From Centroscyllium fabricii (lineage: Eukaryota), in NCBI GenBank assembly GCA_051313645.2, contig JBNRSN020000013.1:90582001-90646000 (forward strand): a DNA stretch of 64,000 nucleotides. The letters are read 5' to 3'. Below, in pieces: positions 38,355 to 50,987 of this stretch. Each line of letters opens with the position of its first letter. Position 1 is the stretch's first letter. The notes below the pieces were generated by a model that saw only the letters and a list, made by a program, of their open reading frames with translations, ran no database searches and was not told where the DNA came from. The translations under genes were made by a program, and so were the position numbers.

Positions 38355-40280
38355 AACATATGAACAATGACGGACAGGTAAAGACCAACTGCCATCCAGC
38401 CTGTCCCACACAATTGTGATACCTTTTTTAGTATCACAATTTATAGACTCCACCCCACCCAAAAGCATGTGGTACCCTGGGAGAAGCGAAAAATCAGATT
38501 AAAAACCCAGGCCAATTTGGGGGAAACAATCTGGGAAATTCCTCTCCGACCCATCCAGGCGATCGAAACTAGTCCAGGAGACCACTGGCCCTGAATTCCC
38601 TGCAGTTCCTACCTTTTGTAAGAGGTGATGGCCGCCCCAGCCAGGAACAAGTCCAGCTCTCTCGTTTGAAGGCATCCACTGCATGAAACAACAGTCTGTT
38701 CTAGCAGCCCACTATTCTCTGGGAAAAGAGTCCCCTCCTGACATCTAACCTAAATCTGGCCTTGTACAACTTAAAATGTGACCCCTGGACTTCCCTAATC
38801 TACTTAATTGGAATAAACTGTCAACTAGAACACAATCTATTCACTTCATTATCTTATAAACCTCAATCAGATCCCCCTTAAGTCTATGCTTCTCTAAAGT
38901 GTAGAGTCCCAACTCTTTTAGCCTATTTTGTTAACCAAGGTGCTTTATAGTCTAGTGGCCCTCTTCTGCACCCTTTCCAGAACTTTAACATCACCCACCA
39001 TGTGAGGAGACCAAAACTGGATACAGTATTCCAAGTGAGGCCTGACCATGGTCTTGTACAAGGACAAAATAGTATTCCTCGTCTTGTACTCTATGACTGC
39101 ACCCCAACACCCTATTTGCTCTAGCTATCGCTTCATGGCATTTCTCAAGTACCTTTAGAGATATATGCACTTGAATGCCCAAATTATTTTCTTTCTCCAC
39201 CTTAGAATCATAGAAATTTACAGCACAGAAGGAGGCCATTTGACCCATCATTTCTGTGCTGGCTGAAAAAAGCTATCCAACCTAATCCCACTTTCCAGCT
39301 CTTGGTCCGTAGCCTTGTAGGTTATGGCACTTCAAGTATATATCCAAATACCTTTTAAATGTGATGAAGGTTTCTGCCTCTTCCACCCTTCCAGGCAGTG
39401 AGTTCCAGGCCCCCACCGCCCTCTGGGTGAAAAACATTCTCTTCAACTCCCCTCTAATCCTTCTGCCAATTACTTTAAATCTATGCCCCCTGGTTATTGA
39501 CCTCTCTGCTGGGGAAAATAGGTCCTTCATATCCACTCTATCTAGGCCCCTTATAATTTTATACACCTCAATCAAGTCTCCCCTCAGCCTCCTCTGTTCC
39601 AAAGAAAACAACCCCAATCTATCCAATCTTTCCTCATAGCTAAAATTCTCCAGTCCTGGCAGCATCCTCGGAAATCTCCTCTGTACCCTCTCTAGTGCAA
39701 TCACATCCTTCCTGTAATGTGACCAGAACTGTACACAATACTCTAGCTGTGGCCCAACTAGTGTTTTATACAGTTCAAGCATAATCCTTTCTTTAATGCT
39801 TTTCCCTTAAGGGTGTATGTATGTTCAGCATTCGCCTTGTCCTCATGCAGAACACTGCACTTTACCAAATTAAAGATCATTTGGCAGTCATGAGCCTAAT
39901 CTCCTAACACATCAAGATCCACCTAAAGCCATTGAGCATCGTCTGCAGTCCTAACACTCTCACAGATCTTAGTATATCCTCAACTTTGGAGTTCGTGCCC
40001 CCCCCCCAGCACCTACATGTAGATCATTAATAAAGAGCAACAGTCCCAACACCAATCCCTGCGGGACACCACTGGTGACCAGTCCTCAAACAGATCCAAA
40101 TCTATCTAGAACTACCTTTTGCCTATGTCCTTCCAGCCAGTTCTCAACACAGCTGAATATATTACCACTAATACTAGAGACCTCAATCTTGTAGAGAATC
40201 CTCTTGTGCGTTACCTTATCAAAGGATTTTTGGAAGTCTAAGTAGACAATGTCTACTGGACTTTCCTCATCCACCCAGCT
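38355..40280 (-). mobile_element. Older CR1 subfamily fragment, interrupted by a younger CR1 at 39205-39785
   Basis: VDIVYLDFQKSFDKV near 40250; C-terminal motifs at 38700-39200; long structured 3' UTR at 38355-38650. Confidence 0.8.
39205..39785 (-). mobile_element. CR1 3' fragment (nested)
   Basis: Open 166-aa frame LYKTLVGPQLEYCVQFWSH...RRLRGDLIEVYKIIRG. Confidence 0.92.
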
Positions 40281-40780
40281 TGGAGACTTCTTCAAAAGAC
40301 AGTACAAGTGTATCCGTGTAACTCAGCAGCAGCTGCTTCTGTGTATTACAAGTTGATATTATTCTCAAGGTCCAGGATTGGCGCAGAGTCAGCAAGGTTA
40401 GTACAGACTAGACTTTTGTGTATAGCTAACCAGTTAACAGCCTTGAAAACTCAGTCTATTGAATATATTAAAAGTTTCGTTCCTCAGCTTATATAAGCTT
40501 GCAGTTTTAGCAAAGATTTTAAAAGTTTATATGACCTTACTCTTCTGCGTCAATGCAGTAGTGTTGGTTGGTTTGTCTTCCTCTGGGATGTCAGGCTTGT
40601 TTCTGGGATGTCGGCACAATGAATCTCAATTTGTCATTTATAGTTTTTTACCCATCCAATGTCTGTCTGTTATCATTATATCTAACCTAGTTCCTGATAA
40701 CCCTTGCAGACATGTGATGCACTGAATAGCTGCATATCTCTTGGCCGATGGAGTTCTTAAACTTCTCTGGACTTCTGTAA

Positions 40781-41447
40781 AGCCCCGCTTTCACTGGAGG
40801 CTACGAATTGCCGAATCGTCCCGAATCTGAAATTTGTCCGATTCGTGGGTAATTCTTGCAATTCGTAAACGATTCGTGGTTGATTCGTAGAGGATTCGTA
40901 GAGTTCGCGTAAGTTCGCGTGATTTCTTTGATTTTTCAAGAAAGTTTTTGTTTGTCAAAAAATTTCGTGGGAGGGTTAACGAATGTCCAATTCGTGATAG
41001 ATTCCTAAACAATTCGTGACCCTTTCTTATCGTTCTTAACCCTTTCTTATCCTTCTTAACCGTTTCTTAATCGCTTCTTCTGCATTCTTGTCTATTCTTG
41101 GGCATTCTTGACTCCCTCAAATTCGTGGACCCACGCCGAATACATCACGAAACAGGCACGAATGTCCACGAATCAGGTACGAATCAAGTACGAATCGGTC
41201 GTAGTGGATTCGTACAGTAATTCGGCACATTCGTAAGTGAGTTCGTTAAATTCTTACCTGATTCTTTGAATTCGTACTTGTTTCTTAAACCTTTCTTAAC
41301 GATTCGTGGTTGATTCGTAATCAATTCGTAGTGGATTCGTAGCTCCTCCCGAATCCACCACGAATTTTCACATTTTTTTGCCGAATCGCCACGAATTTCG
41401 ATACGTGACGATTCTTGATATTCTTAGCCTCCAGTGAAAGCGGGGCT
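40781..41447. mobile_element. PIF/Harbinger-type MITE
   Basis: Perfect 23-bp TIR AGCCCCGCTTTCACTGGAGGCTA / TAGCCTCCAGTGAAAGCGGGGCT; left flank TAA, right flank ATA; interior packed with TTCGT/ACGAA motifs. Confidence 0.88.
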
Positions 41448-42216
41448 ATACCTCTAACCCTCTCTCTGTTATTTCTTCTGCGGCGGAATCCTCTTTCCTG
41501 ATCTTATCTTTCTACTCGAGTGTTCTCTCCTGATCTTTTCCTTTGATACCATTTCAACCAACATCTGTGATACACTTGCTTTCCTTATTTGGTGACAATA
41601 CTCAGAACTGGCACATGTCAAGCACTTATAATGAGCAAATTCTTAATCGGGTAAAAGTTAGTACAGCCCATTAGCTGCAGAACTATTTATTTTGCTGGGC
41701 TGTAGCCTGTAGTCAGACAAGCTAGATAAAAATGAGGTCTTTGGGGCTATTCACACGAAATACATGAACTCCTTTCACTTTGGCCATTAATCACAACAGG
41801 AGGGACAGGGCAAAATGAAAGATGATCACTCTAATCCTTTATTCACCCTCAACTAGGCTGGGTGTTTTTAATTCCAGTCAATAATTGGAACCAGCTAACT
41901 GAGAACCTTTTTCTCACAGTGGACAGGGCTATCTTGAAGTATCCATGATTCTTAGCATTACTCTTTCTGTTTTTCCAGAGTTTGGGAATGCTGGAAACTC
42001 TGTCTTAAGGGCACCATTGGGCATTTTTAAGGTACTTTACCTACATTAATTAACATGGAAAATTGGAGTTCAGTCAGTGTTCTCTGAAAATAATTTTGTT
42101 TCTGTATGTAATAGTTGTAAAACTAGAACACTATGAAGTTTAATTTGTGCACGTGAGGTGACAGACAGATGTAGGGCACTGTGGTAGTAAACCCTTTGAG
42201 TGTTGCTAAATAAATA

Positions 42217-43040
42217 CAGGTTGAGCACCGTTAATCCGGCATGGTCGGGACCAGGACCTTGCCGAATTTTTGAAAAATCCGAATGATTGAAGCTTCGGCG
42301 AGCGGGCGGTGGCCATTTTGAATGGTCTGCACATGCGCTCATCGTACGGGGAGGCCCGTGATCGTTTGGGACCAACAAAATAATCCACGTCTGGCCAAGC
42401 TTTCGATGGAGGAGCCCTCCGTGGTTTGGTTTGTCCTGAAGTGGAATCACAGTGTGCCTCCAGAACAAAATGCTGTAAATATGGAGCAGGCACAACAGCC
42501 TCTGTGACGGGGACAGTGTGGGTTTACATTTTTGCACGGAGACCTTTCAACAACACTCCCACTTTCCAGAAAAATTATTTTTTTGCAGATTCAGAAGTGC
42601 AAGTTGCCCAAATTTCCAAGCAGCTGCGTGCACAATTTTTTGAACATGCGCTCATCGTTCGGGGAGGCCCGGGATCGTTCGGGACCATTCAAAATGGCCA
42701 CCGCAAAAGGCTGGCAGCCATTTTGAATGGTCTGCGCATGCGCTCATAGTTCGGGGAGGCCCGGGATCATTCAGGACCATTCAAATGGCCACCACGAAAG
42801 GCTGGCGGCCATTTTGAATGGTCTGCGCATGCGCTCATAGTTCGGGGAGGCCCGGGATCATTCAGGACCATTCAAATGGCCACCACGAAAGGCTGGCGGC
42901 CATTTTGAATGGTCTGCGCATGCGTTCATCATTCGGGAAGGCCCGAGTATGCGCAGCCAAGCACGTTTGTGCATGCGCAGATCAGTCGGCCGGATTCGTT
43001 CCGGACGACTGAAGTCGCCGGATTAACGGTGCTCAACCCG
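42217..43040. mobile_element. pogo/Tigger-like MITE, copy 4, with cargo and a roughly 91-bp internal tandem repeat
   Basis: TA|CAGGTTGAGCACCGTTAATCCGGC...GCCGGATTAACGGTGCTCAACCCG|TA. Confidence 0.92.
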
Positions 43041-44251
43041 TACATTAAAAATACTGTTATTGGGTCTTGTGAAATCCAAGACCTGTATATTCCTAAATCA
43101 AAATTACTGGTTGTGTTTTAGTTTTGTACTGATTGCACTATATCATATGAATCATAAGTGTGTAATAGTGTTTCATTGTGAAATATCTATTATCTTGCAC
43201 AGAGCCCTATTGTGGCTGAAATACAATAAAAGCTGCAGGTTAACACAGCTTTATTCTTTATGCTGAGACTCCAGATGGGAAAGATGCAGGATTCTCGGCA
43301 GTCTGGGTTGCATGTCTTGGGGTTGGTACCATCTGTTTTCCGTCCCTCTCACTTTGTTATGCACATGAGAGGGACTGATGCTTTCATTCCTGCAGAGCGT
43401 GGCATCAAGGGGAGCTCCAGTACGTGCAGTGTCTTCACTTGACAAATCCTGGCTCTGTCCTAAAATAAACTAAAGACAGATGGCAAAGTGTATAATTCAC
43501 ACCCTGATGGAGTAACGTGACCTGTTAACTGCTGGTCTTAAGTAGGTATGGTGTTATGCATCCTAAAAGCTTTGAAAGGTTGATGGAGTATTCTATTTTC
43601 CCACTTAACTGAAAGCCATTTTCAGCTTTTGCAATATATGTGTTGTTTTTGTCCTGCATTGTCATTTCACTCCACTTTGTCATTGTACAAGAAGATGGTG
43701 TTTTGTACTATTTTGTTTTCTACTTTAAATTATTACATTATCCAGTCATTTGCTAATGAATTTACCGTGTGTGCCAAAATTATTTACCTCAAATGCTGAT
43801 CAGATCAACTTGAATCAAAAACGTTTGTATTCATTGCCAACAGCCAAGCAGTTAGAATATGTTTCAGTAGATCTCAATAACTGTATACACACCACATAAA
43901 TTGTGGACAAACGGGAGGAGGGTGAGTGGTTCAAGAGTGGGCCGCAGTATTACTCCAGATTATGCTAAATGAAAAAGCAAAAAACCTACCCATTCTTCTG
44001 CCGCCTCCAGCGATCTCTTTAAAGACCGCTGGTTAGGCCGCAGTTAGACCCGGAAAAAAATGTGGGGAAAATGAGCATGCTTTGCTCCGATTTTACCACA
44101 TTTGGCATTGGGGTCCTAAACCAGGGATTGAGCCCCTTCAATATGTTAATCATAGACCTAACGACTGTTTTAGGCGGGCGCCCCAGTCAGTCTGAATTCA
44201 CCGAATAGCAATTTGGCAGCCATTGCAATTCCGAGGGAGATTGAGTGGGGG

Positions 44252-45473
44252 TAGGGTTCCCAACCCTCACACTTTGGGCAGGAGTCTACCAGAATGGGCG
44301 ATTAGTATCGTGAGCACTGCTGCTGGTGGCTCAGGAGAAATGGTCCTTGTATGTGCAGTTTGCGCGTTGTCTGAGCACTGCTGGTCTCCCCATTATTTGG
44401 AACGCACTTCTTCATTGCCGGTTGTGAGGGTGGCAGCATCGGGGCCAACGAAAATCACCTGAAAACTCTGTGATCCCTGAGAGAGCAACTAAGGGGGTGG
44501 GGGGGGGGGGGGCGAGAAAGAGAAACACAAACTGGGGGCAAGAGTGAGAAATATAAATTGGGGTGGGGGAGAGGGAGCAACACAAAGTGGAGCGAGGGAG
44601 AGTTCATGTTAGCCTGTGATGTGCGCTGTTGTGTGATGTATTTTGTTCCAGGAGTCAGGCCACATTTGTGCTTCTTCCTGAGGACTGAGCCTCTGCTCCC
44701 TAAAGCTGGACTTCAGGGATGGGGTGTAGGAGTCAGTGAATTGAATGAGGTTTAGTTTTGGTATCATTTATTACCATTATAACTTGCTGTGTACTGTAAA
44801 AAGTCACAAAATTGTACAAAAATATTGGTTACAAGATACTGATATTAATGATGTTTTTGTTGAATCAGTGGAATTTACTTGGTGTTTCTCATTGCGATCG
44901 ATACCGTAGAAACATCACACAAATAGTTTTTATTTAAACATTACTTATCCTTAAATCTTTCTACAGGTTGAGCACCGTTAATCCGGCACCCTCGGGACCA
45001 GGCTGGTGCCGGACAAGTGAAAACTCCGAACGATTGAAGCTTCGGCGAGCGCATGCGAAGGCCGGCAGCCATTTTGAATGGTCTGCGCATGCGCTCGCCG
45101 AAGCATCAATCGTGCCCATTTCGTGCATGCGCAGACCAGTCAGCCGGATTAATTCCCGATGACTGAAGTTAGCAGATTACCGGTGTCCGGATTAACTGTG
45201 CCGGACCTGTATTTTGTTTTCTTAGTTTATAAATCAATGTTAATCATCTCACTATAAAACAAAAGTCAAGTATTTTATTTGGGGCTTGGTGATACTTAAG
45301 ACACTCAACTAAGGTAAATTCAAAAACATTTGCAAATACCAGGCAAATGTCTCATGATCAAATGTCATGCAATTAAGCATCACATGAGCGGTACCACATG
45401 ATCGCATGCCTTGTGATCAAATGTCACATGACCAAATCTCCAGGAATACATCAAACCAGAGTTGGCAACCCTA
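44252..45473. mobile_element. Old hAT element with TAGGGTTGCCAAC-type TIR
   Basis: TAGGGTTCCCAAC...GTTGGCAACCCTA; 8-bp TSD agtggggg/agtgggta (6/8 match). Confidence 0.65.
44964..45209. mobile_element. pogo/Tigger-like MITE, copy 5 (shortest), nested in the hAT element
   Basis: TA|CAGGTTGAGCACCGTTAATCCGG...CCGGATTAACTGTGCCGGACCTG|TA. Confidence 0.9.
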
Positions 45474-45639
45474 AGTGGGTATCTGAAAGAGAAAAGCACA
45501 AGAGGCGGATTGTGGTGAGGAAAGGGAAGGAAAGCAAGATATTTGCGCATTGACCATCAGCAGCTTGTAAGTGAGAAGAGATTGTGGGATGAGGGGGAAG
45601 TGAAATGTGAGAAGAGGAGTTAGGTATGAGCATACCGTC

Positions 45640-46600
45640 ACCATCAGCAATTCTTTCAACTTCCCCGCTCGCCACGAACTCTGACAACCCCGCCAATGAT
45701 CTGCAGCACTACTTCCTCCAGCTCTGTCAGGTTCTGTAGACGGGCTTCCCCATCACCTGTCTGCTGCTGCTCCTGGCGGTTATGAGTGACCATTGCCTGC
45801 AAGAGAAAGGGAAGTGTGTCAGTGAGTGTGGTGCAATGTGTTTGGGTGATGTGCCTGCCATGTTTAAATAGTGTGATATGTGGGTGTGAGTCTCGCATCA
45901 GTGTTAAATGTGTGAGGGTGAAGTGAAGATGTGAATGTGAGGTATGAGTGGTGATTGCTAGAGATTGTTGGTAGGGGAGTGATGGGGTGTGGTGCATTGA
46001 GCAGTGTCTGAGGCTTGTGGTGCAGATGGTGGGATATGGCATTTGATGATGCATTCACTCACCTTGGCCACTCGTGTGAGGTCATTAAACCTTTTGCGGA
46101 ACTTGATCCAGGTCCTGGGGACAAAACTCATTGCACTGATGGCTTCAGCGATATCCTCCTACAGCCTTCTGGTGTTCTGCCTTGAAGGTCTCCTGCCCCA
46201 CTGCATGTAGAGGACCTGACTGCATCCTTGAAGCCCCCAAGGACAAAGGCTTCCAATGCCGCATCTGAAAATCTCCTCGGCCTTTCTCTTGGCTGTTGGG
46301 CTATGGCTTTCTACACAATGACAATAAGATGTTTCTGCAACAAAGCACCTCCATTTTAAGTAGTGCAGAAAGCCTAGGCCAAACTTTATTGGCCAGTAGA
46401 CTGCACCTGATATTAACCCCCCCCCTGTTCAACACTGAGCCAGTCAGCGGTGCGTTTAGCGCTGAACTCAACGCCACAATCGTTATAATCAGCAGGCAAC
46501 GTGAATCTTGCGTGCTGCCTGCACCACTTTGAACGGGCGTGGGCACATAGCGCTTTGCGCTGCCCGTGCCCATTTTCAGGCCTTATCCAATTTCTAGGCC
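45640..46600 (-). pseudogene. Harbinger transposon remnant with a spliced Myb/SANT-like DNA-binding gene
   Basis: Exon 1 AQQPRERPRRFSDAALEAFV...EDIAEAISAMSFVPRTWIKFRKRFNDLTRVAK|gtgagt; intron 46062-45797 ending cttgcag; exon 2 AMVTHNRQEQQQTGDGEARLQNLTELEEVVLQIIG. Terminal GGCCTAGAAATT at 46600 next to TAA. The frame is disrupted and the probable start codon reads ATA. Confidence 0.8.
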
Positions 46601-47262
46601 TAAGTAGGTTAGGAGAGGATCTCCTGTGGCTTTGCTCACTGAGTCAGAGGATATTCTGCTAAATAACCGATTCTGTCATGCAAAGTATTATCAGGGCCAC
46701 GTGATTTTACCGTGACAAAGTAAAATTGCATTTTTAATCATGGTGTTCTGTGAGTTTTACTGTTATTTTGTGAATTGAATTGAGTGACACTTCCTTTTTT
46801 CTATTAAAAGCTGTAAATTGATATCCTTTGATTATAATTATATGTATCTTTACCTATGAAGTCAATTTTTATCTCCTGCTTACAAGATGGTGGCCATAGG
46901 TACCTGCCATTTAGCAGCACTGGTGGAGGGTTGGTTGTGGGGTTTTACAGCACTGGAGCAATGAAATGCCTGTTATTTTCAAAGCAATTATTGACAAACC
47001 AAATATCACAAAACATGCCAATCCGATTGCTTAAACAATTTTTTCAAAATTTTCCCTGAGTAAGCAGACTAAGAACCATTAAAAAAAAACTTAGTAGAAA
47101 CATCATAAGAAATATAATTCACAATTTTTTTTTTCAATTTTCCTATTAAATTGCTCCTATCCTACTGGAAATCTGCCAAATTTGTCCAGAGGCCTATGCT
47201 TTGTCAAGTGCGTGGGCTTCAGTTTTTCTCTCGATACCATCTAACCTGATATTTTGAAAGTA

Positions 47263-47617
47263 CAGGTTGAGCACCGTTAATCCGGCACCCGAAAAACCGG
47301 CAGCTTCAGACGTTCGGCAAAGATTTCCCTGACTGCCCTGTGCATGCGCAAAATTGCCACCGCGCGTGGCTGTGCATGCCTGGGCCTCCCAGACTGGTCT
47401 GCGCATGTGCAACATAGCTGCCGCGCTTGGCTGTGCATGCCCGGGCCTCCCCGAATGATTGATGCTTCGGCGAGCGCATGTGCAGACCATTCAAAATTTC
47501 GCACCGGCCATTTTAAATGGTTTGCGCATGCGCCGCCGAAGCTTCAATCATTCGGCGTTTTCAAAAATTCGGCACGGTCCTGGCCCTGATCGTGCCAGAT
47601 TAACGAAGCTCAACCTG
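47263..47617. mobile_element. pogo/Tigger-like MITE, copy 6
   Basis: TA|CAGGTTGAGCACCGTTAATCCGGCAC...GATTAACGAAGCTCAACCTG|TA. Confidence 0.92.
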
Positions 47618-47993
47618 TATTATTCAGAATGTTATGGAAATACTGAAATTATTATAGAATAAAAGGAAACAGGATAAAAAGCTGCAGACCAACAGAAACA
47701 GCAAATTAAGCAAGGGAAAGAAAAGCAGTAAAAGAGAGAAGGAAAACGCAGGAATTTATTTTGAAAAAAGTGCTCTCTGTACCATGCTGGTTTCCAAAAG
47801 AAGAACCACTCTTACAGCTTCCCTCAACTCTTCACCTGGCCCCACCCCAGGCTGCCTCCTTGGTGACATTATATGGGTCCTGCCTCTCCCCATTTACTTA
47901 TGTACTCAATTTTTTTTACATTTTCATCTGTGAGCAATGCCACTGTGATCCACTGTTTTCCATTGATAAACTTTAGTAGCCTGATTATCATAA

Positions 47994-48386
<393 letters not shown>

Positions 48387-49564
48387 TAGGCTTATGAAAG
48401 GTGAACTTTAGGCAAGTTATTCTCTGCTTATGAAGGATGTACTTTGGACAGCTTATCGTTCGAATTAGGAACTTACTATAACCAGAATCTCCAGTATAAG
48501 CCTGAATCCTACTCATAGGACAGCATATGAAAATCATAAAGCAGAAATGAGAAAAAAGCATTTCAGCTCAACTAGTTTCATGTACAAGACTCACTCAGAC
48601 CATTACCACCATCTTCCTGCTTTGGTACTCCATTTTGAATAAGTAATATATTCATTTCTTATGGAAGTTGTCTTTGATTTCCTAAAATCTTTTTTTTTTT
48701 TTAATGGGAGCTGTTGTCTAATCACTTTAATTTGGTTACTTCTCTGATAGAGTACAGGCTGGCAAGTTATATATACACATTCCGTGGTGCATAGTTATAT
48801 AAATAGGGTGTCTGAGTTCTTTTTCTTCTCTGATGCCAACTATTATAAATGAAGAAATATGGGCATTATGTGAAATCAAAGTTTTATTAGCAAGTGAGAG
48901 AAGAAGCACTTCGTGTAAGTACAATAAACAATTAACTTGTATAACCCGGCTATTAATCAATGACACGGTCTCGTTAGGAGAGCGCTGAAATCAACAGCAT
49001 TTGTCAAACACCACACATGGCCACTGGCACACTTTTATATAAGGAGATTGAAGACCTCTTTTTGAATAAAGTACTCTGTCCACAGACAGATTTCCCAAAG
49101 GCAAGACTGTTTAAAATGATTTGATGCATCAGTTAATTACAGTTTTCCCTAACTGCAGCAGACATGGAGATACGGCTCCACAGGTAGAACTGAAGGGTTT
49201 ATATGTTTAACCCTTTCAAACTGGTTCAAACTGTTGTTGTATTTGGGCTGACTTCAACAACTTGTTGTTTGCTGCTGTAAATGACTTTGCACATAAACTA
49301 TGCCTGTCATGACTAATATCAGTTGCCGTCTAAAGTGACTTGAATGTGTAGTGGAAACCTTACATGTAATCCAGGGGGAATGAACAGGTCCACTATTCAC
49401 TCAGAGTGCACTGTCTCTGCTTACTTTGCATACAAAATTTTACTTCAGTTCATAGGTGGTGCAGACATGCCTATCAGAGTAGGCTTTTGTGTTGGACATG
49501 AGAAAAAGTATCTGGAGAAACTTGAACCATGACAGCACTCCGTTTTATAAGTTAACAGCTGGGT

Positions 49565-50268
49565 ATAAGAACATAAGAAATAGGAGCAGGAGTAGGCCAA
49601 TCGGCCCCTCGAGCCTGCTCCGCCATTCAACAAGATCATGGCTGATCTGATCCTAACAATTTTATTTTTACTCTCCACCCCGCCCAGACCAATGTGATCA
49701 CCTGGGAGAGGTGAAAAAACAGATTTAAAAAAAAAACAGTAGCCAATTTTGGAGAAAAAAAAAAAATCAGGAAAATTCCTCTCTGACCCATCTAGGCGGT
49801 CGAAAACTGGCCCAGGAGATCACATGGCCGATCTGAACCTAGCCTCACTTCCACTTACCAGCCCGTTCACCATAACCCCTAATTCCCTTTAATTCCAGGA
49901 AACTGTCTATCTCAGTTTTAAATTTATTCAACGTAGTAGCTTCTACAGCTCTCTGGGGCAGCAAATTCCACAGCCGCACCACCCTCTGAGTAAAGAAGTT
50001 CCCCCTCATCTCAGTTTTGAAATGGGAGCCCCTTATTTTAAGATTATGCCCCCTAGTCCTAGTCTCACCCACCATTGAGAACAACCTCACCGCATCCACC
50101 CGATCAAGCCCTCTCACAATCTTATATATTTCAATAAGATCGCCTCTCATTCTTCTGAACTCCAATGAGTAGAGGCCCAATCCACTCAGCCTCTCGTCAT
50201 ATGTTAGCCCCCTCATCCCCGGAATTAACCTAGTGAACCTTCTCTGCACTGCCTCGAGAGCAAGTATG
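49565..50268 (-). mobile_element. CR1 3' fragment with chimeric 3' UTR (same subfamily as 31325-32140)
   Basis: Open 134-aa ORF2 C-terminus; the UTR carries the same inserted module. Confidence 0.92.
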
Positions 50269-50671
50269 AAGTAATTATTCTTGAGTTCTATTTTGCTTGA
50301 TATTTCTTTTGTTAACGATCACATTTTATTTCTCCTGGTTGACACAAAGAATGTTTAGCCTACTGATTTTCTTCATGTTTCAAAAAAATTGATAATCATT
50401 CTATTGATTTGTTTACCCCAATCAATGTATTGGCTCCCTTTATAGCTTTTTGACTTAAGACTTCGAAAAAAAATCTTGTTTGCTTTCTTTAACCTTTCCA
50501 GTATCTTCATTTCTCTGCAAGAGAGTGTCTTGTTCTCCACGTGTGAGCTCACCAAAGCTTTATGGGAATTCTGTATAACCTTGCATTCTAGAGATCTGCT
50601 CGTACATCGTAAAATTCTATTTGTTTTGTCAACCTGTAAAGCCAAATAATGTCCTGGTGTATGATATGTCT

Positions 50672-50845
50672 TAGAAACATAGAAGATAGGAGCAGGAGTA
50701 GGCTATTCGGCCCCTCAAGCCTGCTCCGCCATTCAATCAGATCATGGCTGATCATCTAAATTCAGTACCCTGTCCCTGCCTTCTCCCCATATCCCTTTAG
50801 CCTTAAGAAATATCTAACTCCTTCTTGAATATATTTAATGAATTG
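50672..50845 (-). mobile_element. CR1/HER1 3' tail
   Basis: Matches 54425-54615. Confidence 0.85.
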
Positions 50846-50920
50846 TGTGTAACTATATTTTCTCATTTTAGCATAGGTCTGTATATTACCTTCCATTTCT
50901 CAAAATGAAATGCTATTTGT

Positions 50921-50987
50921 CAGGGCGCGACAAAACCACTTGCCCGGGGCAAGCAAAATGCACTGAAGGGCAAGCAAATGAAAATCA
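50921..50987 (+). mobile_element. Solo left end of the hAT family at 1700
   Basis: CAGGGCGCGACAAAACCACTTGCCCGGGGCAAGCAAAATGC matches 1700-1786. Confidence 0.8.

Noticed and set aside
43900-44205. Possible end of another Harbinger-like element (also about 22512-22860)
   Set aside because: I could not find a matching second TIR or a TSD, so the boundaries are unsupported.
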